A stretch of DNA of 47,138 bases from assembly GCA_963617915.1 (NCBI GenBank), contig CAVERO010000001.1, positions 1-47,138 of the forward strand, written 5' to 3'. The translations under genes and the position numbers were made by a program. Below, one piece after another: positions 27,061 to 35,248 of this stretch. This stretch comes from Candidatus Methanomethylophilaceae archaeon (GTDB lineage: Bacteria; Bacteroidota; Bacteroidia; Bacteroidales; UBA932). Each line of letters opens with the position of its first letter. Position 1 is the stretch's first letter. The notes under the pieces were generated by a model. It ran no database searches, was not told the DNA's origin, and was given only the letters and a program-made list of their open reading frames with translations.

Positions 27061-29184
27061 TCAGTAGGCATCCCGGATGCAGCGGAGAAAAGTGTCGTTT
27101 GAACCCGAATTAATCCTTACCGCACCGCTTGCCGACCAATATTGCTCTCCGGCAAGAACCTCCGACATCGCATCCGGGGAAGCCGTCTGGTAGTTCTTGA
27201 TTATCAGCAGCTCGGCCTCGGTCGGAAGCCTCCAGTCATCATAGACTTTGCCGTCCCAGGTCTTCTCCACGTACTTGGAGCAATGGTAAGCGGCTTGTCT
27301 CGCATTACTTGCAATACTTCTATTGACAACACCGAGCTGAGAGGCCAGCATAAACGAAGGTGAAACCATTTTTTTGGTGTATTCATCGCCCAACGTCTGC
27401 CCGCTCGCGTCCTTGCCTGGAATTCCGAGAATGTAAGTGGCGGATGTCGAAGTTATCTGAATATGATACATTCTAGGATTTTGGTTACTGAGATCTCTTT
27501 CAGTCCTACGGGTATAAGACAAACTTAAACCCTGTGAATAAGAATACTGTCTTAAATCGTAGTTCCCATTACTGTCGGCATTCCGGTCATAACAAACATA
27601 CGAGGTAAAATAACCGCCAGTTCCATTTCTCGGAGTCCAATTGTCACCCGAACGGTCCACCGTCGTCGGTAAACTCAAGTTTCTTCCGCTTACGCCGGCG
27701 CTCCCTGGATTCTCCCAGGTGATAAGTCCTTGGCCTGTGGTGGAGACAAAGTCATCCCTGTACGAGTACCAGCCCACCTCGAAGGTGATCCAGTCAAGAG
27801 GGTACTGGGTGATGTTGACGGTACGGGTCATTCCGTCGGCGTTGCGGACTTCCAGGGTGATGTGGCGGACAAGGTTGTTGGTCGGGACAGGGCTGGCGAC
27901 AGCAATCCGTCCGGAAGAGCCGGAAGCGGTGGCGGAGACCTGCCCGGTGACAATGATTTCCTTACCGAACTTGTTGATGTACCAGGCTTTCGTCACGGTC
28001 ACGGTCACATCGGACGAGGAGTTGAAGACAACCGAATTGTCAGACGCGACATTGCGCATCTCCACTCTCTCTTTGCTGACCTGAAGGAACTTGACGTCCG
28101 GACCGGAGATGGAAATCCCGACATCGTCCCACTCCTCGACCGTGTAGGTTCCGTCCAGCCTCATGCGGTCAACCTCGCAGAAGACCCTGTAAATCTTGTT
28201 CCGCTCAAGAGGCGGAAGCCATAACGTCTTCTCGTACGGATTGCCTTCCACTTCGTAGAGGACCTTGAAGCTGGTGCCGCGGGGAACACCCGCAGCATCT
28301 TCGACTCCCGTTCCCACGTCCGGAGTGTCAGTGCCGTAAGGATTCTCCACAGGGTAGTCACCCGGTCCCGCGGAGACATATTCATTGACATTCCGGCTGC
28401 CAAGGCTTGCGGTGTTGACCGTGACTGGCAGCGTTCCTGCATAGAACGGGATTCCGGAGGTCTCCCAGAACCCACCGGAGGCCAGTGAAGCCTTCAGTTC
28501 CGGCGAGGTTTTAGGGAAGATCCAGCCGCGGGTGGCCTTCGTGCCGGCGGCATATTCAATCGACTTGACTGTGACGCCGCTGTTGTTGCCGGGACTCCGG
28601 GAGAAGAGGAACTCCACTCTTGCGACCGACCTCTCAAGGGTCACGTCTATCTTTTGGGTCGCCTTCTGATGGTTCACGTGACCCGGGGCTGTGTTCGGGA
28701 CGGTCGTGTCCAGATCGATGTCAGCCGTCAGCATCCCCGACATCGGAATGCGGTCATCGATGCCGCTGAACCTCAAGCCTTTGAGATAGGCCTCGGAAGG
28801 CGCAGTCACGAAAGAGGCGGGATTCCCCGAGGCATCCGAAAGCCCGGCCGCGGAATTGTCGTTGGCTATGATGAGGAAGGTGGTTCTCTGCGGCGAGGCC
28901 GACACCTGCCTGATGTCCATCATCAGAGTGGCCTTGCCCGAGACGAAGTCCGGACTGTCCGTGCTGTACTCGCCCACAAGCGCGCCGCCGGAGTACGCAT
29001 AGACCCTGAGCGAAGCCACAGCCTCATCCTGTATGTCAGCCCTCGTGCCGACGCTCATCAGCACCGGAACAGAACCTTCCGCGACCTCATCCTGTGGGAA
29101 GCGGTCTTTGATACATCCCGGAAACAGATTCAGGAATGTCCCCGCAGCCAATGCGGCAATGAATATTCTTACGTTGGTCTTCAT
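27061..29184 (-). CDS. Type V pilus tip adhesin with C-terminal C-type-lectin-like (DUF1566-like) domain
   Basis: Lipobox, TRA site, LERSVARV and LERNKIY; C-terminal WRLPTEAEL...YWSA...LRCIRD. Confidence 0.8.
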   Translation of the reverse strand: MKTNVRIFIAALAAGTFLNLFPGCIKDRFPQDEVAEGSVPVLMSVGTRADIQDEAVASLRVYAYSGGALVGEYSTDSPDFVSGKATLMMDIRQVSASPQRTTFLIIANDNSAAGLSDASGNPASFVTAPSEAYLKGLRFSGIDDRIPMSGMLTADIDLDTTVPNTAPGHVNHQKATQKIDVTLERSVARVEFLFSRSPGNNSGVTVKSIEYAAGTKATRGWIFPKTSPELKASLASGGFWETSGIPFYAGTLPVTVNTASLGSRNVNEYVSAGPGDYPVENPYGTDTPDVGTGVEDAAGVPRGTSFKVLYEVEGNPYEKTLWLPPLERNKIYRVFCEVDRMRLDGTYTVEEWDDVGISISGPDVKFLQVSKERVEMRNVASDNSVVFNSSSDVTVTVTKAWYINKFGKEIIVTGQVSATASGSSGRIAVASPVPTNNLVRHITLEVRNADGMTRTVNITQYPLDWITFEVGWYSYRDDFVSTTGQGLITWENPGSAGVSGRNLSLPTTVDRSGDNWTPRNGTGGYFTSYVCYDRNADSNGNYDLRQYSYSQGLSLSYTRRTERDLSNQNPRMYHIQITSTSATYILGIPGKDASGQTLGDEYTKKMVSPSFMLASQLGVVNRSIASNARQAAYHCSKYVEKTWDGKVYDDWRLPTEAELLIIKNYQTASPDAMSEVLAGEQYWSASGAVRINSGSNDTFLRCIRDAY

Positions 29185-29204
29185 AACTTTTGATAAGGAA
29201 GCTT

Positions 29205-30077
29205 TTAAAATTCAGGGTTGACGTACCGGGCGTACCATTCAGGCACCACTATCTCGATTCCGGCGGAGGAGAAGATGATCCTGATCGGGATCAGGCACTC
29301 TTGTCTGGAGACGTCGATCTCCGGATGAGCCTTGAGGAACTCTCCCACATTGACTCTGGCGACCTCGACTCCGGCGGAGGTCGTCAGTACGACCCAGACA
29401 TCATCGAAGCTCTTGTTTCTCATTATGTTGAACCTCGATGATTTCATCCCGGAACCTGCGGTCAACAGTGGGCTGTAGGAGACGGGCGACCCCTGCGGAG
29501 CGCCGCTGAAGTCTGTGTAAGGAGACAGTCCGGAGACGGTAAGAGCCTTCAGCGCTCCGAGAATCTCTCCGTCGGCAAGCACCTCCACGACAACCTTGTA
29601 GTGGGAGCTCCTGAACGAGATGACTTCGGAAGCGTCGTAATCCGTCACCGTGAACTTTCTGGAGGCGAAGTAGAGGGAATCCGCCCCCGTCACCGTCCCG
29701 GAGCCGAACTGGGCCTCCGGGCCGAAGAGGGTCTTGGCGAAATCCCCCGCCACCACCTTGTCTATCCTTGTGGAATGGGTGTTCCCGACGCAGACGATGG
29801 TGTAGTCGCCGGGGTCAAGCGTCGGCAGGACGGTCCTGGCCCCGTCAACATCGCTCTGCGGCAGGACACCCGAGTACACAAGGTTACCTTTGGAGTCGAA
29901 GACAAAGATCTCAACCATGCGGACCTTGTCCTTGAATATTTCCGTCTCACCGTCTCCCTTATAGCTGAGGATCAACTCATTCGTGGAACGGCATGCGCTC
30001 AGATCCTCCTTTATGCAGGCGGTCGCCGCCGTCAGGAGGACGGACGCTGTGACAAGCAGAAAGTGTAGTGGTTTCAT
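29205..30077 (-). CDS. FimB/Mfa2 family anchor pilin
   Basis: TACIKEDLSAC, IFVFDSKG and GDYTIVCVGN motifs. Confidence 0.85.
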   Translation of the reverse strand: MKPLHFLLVTASVLLTAATACIKEDLSACRSTNELILSYKGDGETEIFKDKVRMVEIFVFDSKGNLVYSGVLPQSDVDGARTVLPTLDPGDYTIVCVGNTHSTRIDKVVAGDFAKTLFGPEAQFGSGTVTGADSLYFASRKFTVTDYDASEVISFRSSHYKVVVEVLADGEILGALKALTVSGLSPYTDFSGAPQGSPVSYSPLLTAGSGMKSSRFNIMRNKSFDDVWVVLTTSAGVEVARVNVGEFLKAHPEIDVSRQECLIPIRIIFSSAGIEIVVPEWYARYVNPEF

Positions 30078-30115
30078 ATCCGTGTCTTCAATTGTTTTGT
30101 CTTACAGGTAAAGGA

Positions 30116-30142
30116 TGGCCGGGATTACACACCCGCCCGGCC
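30116..30142 (-). terminator. GC hairpin after the major pilin (attenuator or stability element)
   Basis: GGCCGGG...CCCGGCC stem between pilin and anchor genes; no clear U-tract. Confidence 0.4.
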
Positions 30143-30166
30143 GACGGGAGATATCGGCTTGACGCG

Positions 30167-31195
30167 CTAGAATGCAGGCTCCACAGGGACAACCTTCCAG
30201 GCTGCGACTGTGACGGTCACGTCTATGCACTTCAGAGGCTGGTTGAAATCGGTGTCATTGAATTTGAACGCAAGCTTGTAGATCTTGCCCGCCTCGAAAG
30301 CGGTGATGGCTGTGCCGTCCTGAAGTTTCAGGCCGCTGGTCGCCAGATAAGCCGGAGCGTTGTCATTCGCGCTGGTGACAACAAGCTGCGGAACCATCGC
30401 AGGGAATGTGTGATAGACGAGTGTCTTGGTGTTGACAGGTCCCGCCGCCTTAGGGGTAAGCGTCACCCCCACAGGATCCACACGCCAACCGGTCAGGCTG
30501 CTGATCCAGGAAAAGACAGTGCCTTCCTCGATGGTCTGGTTCACCGGAACGCTCGGGGTCGGCGTCACAAGCTTGGATTTCGAGTAATAGTTGTTGAGAG
30601 CGATCTTGCCGAGGACAACCTCCTGATACACCGGAGGATCGCTGAACTTGCACTCGAACCCGCTCACCTCAAGGCGGGCGACGCGCGGAACGAGGTTCAC
30701 TGTCGCCTTGTAGAGAGGAGTGTGCTCGTCAAGTTCAGTGGTGAGGGTCAGTCCGCTCTCTCCGTAGAGGAGAAGAGACTCGGCGTCCTGCTGGTTCTCA
30801 ATCATTATGTCTCGCTCAAGAGCCGCGAGATTGGTGGCTGAAACTATGCCGCCGTTACCGACCACCACAACCTTGTTGACCGCGGCTGGGAGGAAGTGGA
30901 ATCTTACAGGACCGGAAGGAATGGTCGCCGCCCCGAAGTACTGATCGGCATTGGTGCCGTCCGCATTCTTTCCCAAGAAAAAGTTTGTTCCGTCAGTGAA
31001 CAGAATGTGGCACTCTTTGAGTGTGATCGTGGTTCCGTCGGCGATGGCTGTTCCGGTCGAGCGGGTGAGAATGTTGGTGAGGTTGACCTCGACGGACTTC
31101 ATCGGTCCGTCATCAACTTTGACTTCCTCTTTGTTGCAGGCGAGGAGGGCAATGGCCGCAAGGGCGGCTCCAGTTAATAGTCCAAGGTGTTTCAT
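30167..31195 (-). CDS. Major type V pilin (FimA/Mfa1-like)
   Basis: Lipobox LLAC, TRS site, VVVVGN, LVPRVARLEV, C-terminal donor strand IDVTVTVAAWKVVPVEPAF. Confidence 0.85.
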   Translation of the reverse strand: MKHLGLLTGAALAAIALLACNKEEVKVDDGPMKSVEVNLTNILTRSTGTAIADGTTITLKECHILFTDGTNFFLGKNADGTNADQYFGAATIPSGPVRFHFLPAAVNKVVVVGNGGIVSATNLAALERDIMIENQQDAESLLLYGESGLTLTTELDEHTPLYKATVNLVPRVARLEVSGFECKFSDPPVYQEVVLGKIALNNYYSKSKLVTPTPSVPVNQTIEEGTVFSWISSLTGWRVDPVGVTLTPKAAGPVNTKTLVYHTFPAMVPQLVVTSANDNAPAYLATSGLKLQDGTAITAFEAGKIYKLAFKFNDTDFNQPLKCIDVTVTVAAWKVVPVEPAF

Positions 31196-31255
31196 AGTGG
31201 AAATGATTTAATTGGTAAATAAGTGATTTGTATGTTGTTGACGAGATATTCACAA

Positions 31256-32728
31256 TCATTGCAGAAAGAGGGTCTCCTTTCTCACCCGAAGCTGTTCGAG
31301 CGCTGCCTCGGCCTCGGGGACACCGGCGGACAGAGCCCTTGAGAAATATTCCTCCGCTCCGGAAAAGTCCTCGATCAAGGCAAGGAAGAGTCCGTTGGCG
31401 TAGAGCGCCTCCCCTCCGTCACCGGCCTTCCGGAGGTAATCCTGGGCCTTGTCGTAGTCTCCGGCCTGAATCTTCGCCATTGCAGCGTTCAGATTGGCTA
31501 CCGGGTCGTCAGGGTAGGTCTTCACCGCCTCAAGGAATATTCTGTTGAACTCCTCCTCCCCCGGTCTGTACTTGGTTGACAGAAGATAGAACTCCTCAAG
31601 ACTGAGGTTACGCGGGCGGCTTCTGAAGACCTCCTCCAGCTCATCGGCGGTGGCGTAGGAGCGGATGGTGTAGTCTATGCGGTAGTCGGTGCGCCGCAGG
31701 AACGGGTAGCAGTCCGAAAGCAGGGTGGCATATTCATCCTTGTAAGAGCTTTTTATCCTCCATTCCTTGGCGTCGGGATCCTTGAACGTGCTGTCGTCGT
31801 CGATGACCGCAAGGATCTCCGTCCTGTGAGGCAGGTCCGACGCAGCGACATATTTTCTCAACCCTTCCCAGTTTTCCGGGACGAACGAGACGGTGAACAG
31901 ACCTTTGTCGAGGCGGTAGAGGTTGCGGACATAGTTCCGGATGGCCTCCGTCCTGCCCTTGGCCAGTCTCTCGTTGAGGGAGTAAGGGCCTTCAGGAGAT
32001 GCGAATCCCTTGAGGGTGATGCCGTTGATGGTGATGTCCGGATCCGTGCGCACAGAATCAACTCCCGCACGGATCTTCGCAAGCTCGGCGGCGTTGGAGT
32101 GGTAGGACTCCACGACCGCGGTCTTTCCCTGGGCGAAATCGACGAACGCCTGACCGGAAATCGATCGGTCCTTCCTGACCTCCGCCTCAGGACGGGCATA
32201 GACGAACTCGGGCACGAATGAGAATGTAGGCATGCTGAAGCCTCCCAGGCCACGGACCACGCTGCTTCCCTCGTCGCAGCTGCGGCATCCGAAAAGGTCG
32301 GAACGGATCTGAAGCTCGGCCCCGTCCATCCAATCCTCCCAAGGAACACTTGCGGAATAATTCACCGTAGGCGGAGCCTTCCGCGCCGGATATGTCATGC
32401 TCTCGTTGTCGGAGAGGGTCCGGCGGCCGTTGCGGAGGTATTGGATGAAGCTTCCCCGGCTGTACAGTCCGACGGCTGGAAGATCGAGCGACTTGTCGCC
32501 GCTGACCAGCACAGGGGTGAGCAGACAGGCCTTCTCGTTTTTAAGTTTCAGCCTCGACAGGTCGAGGTCAAGGGTGACATCCATCCTGTCTTTGGCGACA
32601 CGCTCAACCTTCACGTTCTCCACTGCCGCACCTCCCGTCAAACCACGGTTTTCCTGTGCGCCGGCGCCGAGAGCCAGAACCAGAGGAATGGCGCCAGACA
32701 AAAGTAATTTAGACATTTGAATATTCAT
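31256..32728 (-). CDS. DUF3868 / OmpA-like / TPR pilus-associated protein
   Basis: LTPVL, GFASPEG..LNERLAKGR, ENWEGL and YPFLRR motifs; C-terminal TPR. Confidence 0.85.
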   Translation of the reverse strand: MNIQMSKLLLSGAIPLVLALGAGAQENRGLTGGAAVENVKVERVAKDRMDVTLDLDLSRLKLKNEKACLLTPVLVSGDKSLDLPAVGLYSRGSFIQYLRNGRRTLSDNESMTYPARKAPPTVNYSASVPWEDWMDGAELQIRSDLFGCRSCDEGSSVVRGLGGFSMPTFSFVPEFVYARPEAEVRKDRSISGQAFVDFAQGKTAVVESYHSNAAELAKIRAGVDSVRTDPDITINGITLKGFASPEGPYSLNERLAKGRTEAIRNYVRNLYRLDKGLFTVSFVPENWEGLRKYVAASDLPHRTEILAVIDDDSTFKDPDAKEWRIKSSYKDEYATLLSDCYPFLRRTDYRIDYTIRSYATADELEEVFRSRPRNLSLEEFYLLSTKYRPGEEEFNRIFLEAVKTYPDDPVANLNAAMAKIQAGDYDKAQDYLRKAGDGGEALYANGLFLALIEDFSGAEEYFSRALSAGVPEAEAALEQLRVRKETLFLQ

Positions 32729-32746
32729 AAAGCCGCTCCTCCTTGA

Positions 32747-33343
32747 TTAAAACAGATAGACAATGTTTATCGCAGCCTTCGTCGGGCCGAAATAGTGGTG
32801 GACGCCGTCGTCGATCTTGCGCCCGCATTCCTCGCAAGGGAACCTGTCGTACCAGGAGAAGACGTAGCCGGCTCCTATCTCAAGTTCCAGATTCCAGTGA
32901 CGGCCGAGCGCGAAGGCGTAGCCATAGGCCAGTCCGGCCCCGAGGGCATAACCCTCGTAACGGTAGTCCTTCAGTTTGCGGAAATCCGTACCCGGAAGCC
33001 TGAAAGAGCCCAGGTCGAGGCCGCCGACATTATATTCCATTCCCATTGCATTGACGCCGAGGAAATGTCCGGCGAAGCGGTTGCAGAACCACCATCTGGC
33101 TTCGGGCTGCACCATCCATTGCTTCCATCTCTTGAGGGAGTTTGTGGCCGACCAGCCGTTGTAGCCGCCGGAAATGTCGAGCGTCCATCTTTTGGCCAGA
33201 GGAAATTCAATTCCGGCGTTGACCGTCGCCGTGGCGTCGTGCAACAAGTTCGTCTTTACGGCAAAGTCCTGCCCGGACATCGAGCCTACACCGGCGAATA
33301 GAGCCAGGATAAAGGCTATAGGTTTCAGAAGTTGTTTAGACAT
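32747..33343 (-). CDS. DUF3575 outer-membrane beta-barrel
   Basis: AVKTNLL, QPEARWW and YFGPTKAAINIVYLF motifs; start at 33343 (alternative 33382). Confidence 0.9.
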   Translation of the reverse strand: MSKQLLKPIAFILALFAGVGSMSGQDFAVKTNLLHDATATVNAGIEFPLAKRWTLDISGGYNGWSATNSLKRWKQWMVQPEARWWFCNRFAGHFLGVNAMGMEYNVGGLDLGSFRLPGTDFRKLKDYRYEGYALGAGLAYGYAFALGRHWNLELEIGAGYVFSWYDRFPCEECGRKIDDGVHHYFGPTKAAINIVYLF

Positions 33344-33693
33344 AAGCTCACACAATATAGCCATAGCAGGGAAGGAAGGCATGAGCCTTGGTTTCCTGTA
33401 TAGTTAAATGAATCTGTCACCACAAAGGGGACAACAAGGGAAGTTACTGAACCGGGACTCTGTTTGGTTCAAGTCTGCTGTTTTAGATTCTTCGTCCCGT
33501 ATCTTGACCGGTGCGACTAAACCCGGTAAGCCGACGCAAGAGGATAGTGCTACAAGTTCACTTCGTTTATAGAAGGTTTGTATTATTCAAGCCTCTGACG
33601 GGAACTGCCGATCTCCCGTCACTTTTTAATGTTTTACTGCCTTTCTGGAGCAAATTTATACATAAAGGTCGTATTATTCTGTGTCATTCGGCG

Positions 33694-33725
33694 GCAAGAT
33701 ATGTATTATTTTTATTAATCGCAAA
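33694..33725 (-). promoter_or_regulatory. Putative promoter of the pilus operon
   Basis: TTTG-20 nt-TATCTTGC, close to the Bacteroidota -33/-7 consensus. Confidence 0.5.
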
Positions 33726-33773
33726 TCTTTTTTCTGACTTTTTGCGTCTTTTATTCAGAACCAGTTCTTTTCC

Positions 33774-33783
33774 GGGGGGGGGG
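33774..33783. repeat. G10 homopolymer tract
   Basis: Read directly in an AT-rich intergenic region. Confidence 0.9.
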
Positions 33784-33955
33784 TATTTAGTTGATACTCA
33801 ATATATTATATTATAGGATACCATACGTGTGATTTTTTATTCCAAAGGTCAGAAAAGGGAGGAGGCGAAAAAAGAAGAAAAAACTGAAAAAATTTTGCCA
33901 ATTCAGGATAAAGTTCTAATTTTGCAGTCCAGTTGCAAAGAACGCGACACATCAT

Positions 33956-34029
33956 TGAGATATGGTGTAATGGTAGCACTACAGATTCTGGCTCTGTCAG
34001 TGAGGGTTCGAATCCTTCTATCTCAACCA
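33956..34029 (+). tRNA. tRNA-Gln(CTG)
   Basis: TGAGATA/TATCTCA acceptor stem, ACAGA-TTCTGGC-TCTGT anticodon arm, encoded CCA; TAATTTTG promoter element at 33917. Confidence 0.96.
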
Positions 34030-34076
34030 AATCCGGCTCCGGCCGGTTTGTTTTTATGGCTCTTGCCAACAGGAAT

Positions 34077-34150
34077 GGCGGGGTAGCTCAGCTGGTTAGA
34101 GCGTCGGATTCATAATCCGGAGGTCGTGGGATCATGCCCCACTCCCGCTA
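34077..34150 (+). tRNA. tRNA-Met(CAT), probably elongator, with non-canonical T loop
   Basis: TAGCTCAGCTGGTTAGAGC D-arm, anticodon loop TTCATAA, T-arm GTGGG-ATCATGC-CCCAC. Confidence 0.9.
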
Positions 34151-34176
34151 CAAACAAAGAAACTAATTAGACGATA

Positions 34177-34869
34177 ATGGCGAACGCATTTCACTATTCC
34201 ATCGGAAGAAAGTTCATTCAGGCTGTCAGCGGAGCATTTCTCATAATCTTCCTGCTGCTTCATGTGACGATTAATCTGTTCTCCGTCATTGACTCTTTCA
34301 CAGGCAACTACAACGGACTTGACGGTCTCTTCGAGAAAGGGTGCGAGTTCATGGCTCTCCCTATCGTGACCATCATGGTTCCGGTTCTTGCCCTCGGTTT
34401 CATCATCCACATCCTCTACGGATGCTGCCTTACATGGAAGAACATCAAGGCCCGCGGCGGTTACAAGCGCTATGAGGCCTCAAGCGTCGCCGCGGCGGAT
34501 TCCTGGTCGGCGAAGAATATGTTCGTGCTTGGAATCGTTGTTCTGGGCTTCCTCGCTTTCCATCTCACCCACTTCTGGGCGAAGATGCAGCTTGCGATGT
34601 TCATCGGCGCGGAGGAAGGCAATCCTTACGAGCTTCTCAACCTCACCTTCGGACGATGGTGGGTGCTGGTTCTGTACCTCGTCTGGTTCGTGGCTATCTG
34701 GTTCCACCTCTGCCACGGTTTCTGGAGCATGTTCCAGACAGTCGGCTGGAACAACCAGACCTGGTTCAAGAGACTGAAAGTGATCGGCATCGTGGTCGCC
34801 ACGCTGATCTGCCTTGGCTTCGCCGCTGTTGGTGTCAACGCATTCCTTCAGGCAAACGCATTGATATAG
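34177..34869 (+). CDS. sdhC: Succinate dehydrogenase/fumarate reductase cytochrome b subunit
   Basis: SIGRKFIQAVSG.FL, heme-ligand His residues, FHLCHGFWSMFQTVG. Confidence 0.9.
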   Translation: MANAFHYSIGRKFIQAVSGAFLIIFLLLHVTINLFSVIDSFTGNYNGLDGLFEKGCEFMALPIVTIMVPVLALGFIIHILYGCCLTWKNIKARGGYKRYEASSVAAADSWSAKNMFVLGIVVLGFLAFHLTHFWAKMQLAMFIGAEEGNPYELLNLTFGRWWVLVLYLVWFVAIWFHLCHGFWSMFQTVGWNNQTWFKRLKVIGIVVATLICLGFAAVGVNAFLQANALI

Positions 34870-34891
34870 TCAGGGACTTAAAAGAAAATTC

Positions 34892-34921
34892 AAGGGCGAC
34901 CGTTTCCGGCCGCCCTTTTTT
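34892..34921 (+). terminator. Intrinsic terminator after sdhC
   Basis: AAGGGCGACCG-tttc-CGGCCGCCCTT followed by a T-run. Confidence 0.8.
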
Positions 34922-34936
34922 GTTATACTCCACCCT

Positions 34937-35158
34937 GTCGCTGAGCCATAGACTCCGGTCACTGAACTATAGGTTCCGGTCACTGAGCTAAAGGTTCCGG
35001 TCACTGAGCTAAAGGTTCCGGTCACTGAGCTTGTCGAAGTGACACTTACGGTCACTGAACTATAGGTTCTGGTCACTGAGCCCGCCGAAGTGACCCTATA
35101 ATAACAGACAATAAACAAGCGCTTCGGCGCTTCGGCGCTTTCGACAAGCTCAGCGACC
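34937..35158. repeat. REP-like cluster: ~21-bp GGTCACTGARCT.. tandem units plus an inverted REP copy
   Basis: Units at 34957, 34978, 34999, 35020, 35050 and 35071; inverted TTTCGACAAGCTCAGCGACC at 35139-35158. Confidence 0.9.
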
Positions 35159-35248
35159 GACGCGACCAAAGCGACAGGAACGACAGGAACGACAAAAAAA
35201 CAGAATATATTAACAAGCTATAGTAAACATCCAAAAACGAACAACAAA

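Noticed and set aside
25257..33343. Complete DGR or invertible (shufflon) system in the pilus locus
   Set aside because: No reverse transcriptase, template repeat, recombinase or inversion-type repeat pair found in the window.
33806..34115. Short ORFs over the tRNA region
   Set aside because: They overlap tRNA-Gln and tRNA-Met.
34937..35095. Possible CRISPR array
   Set aside because: Units abut with no unique spacers and there are no cas genes; it is a REP-derived tandem repeat.
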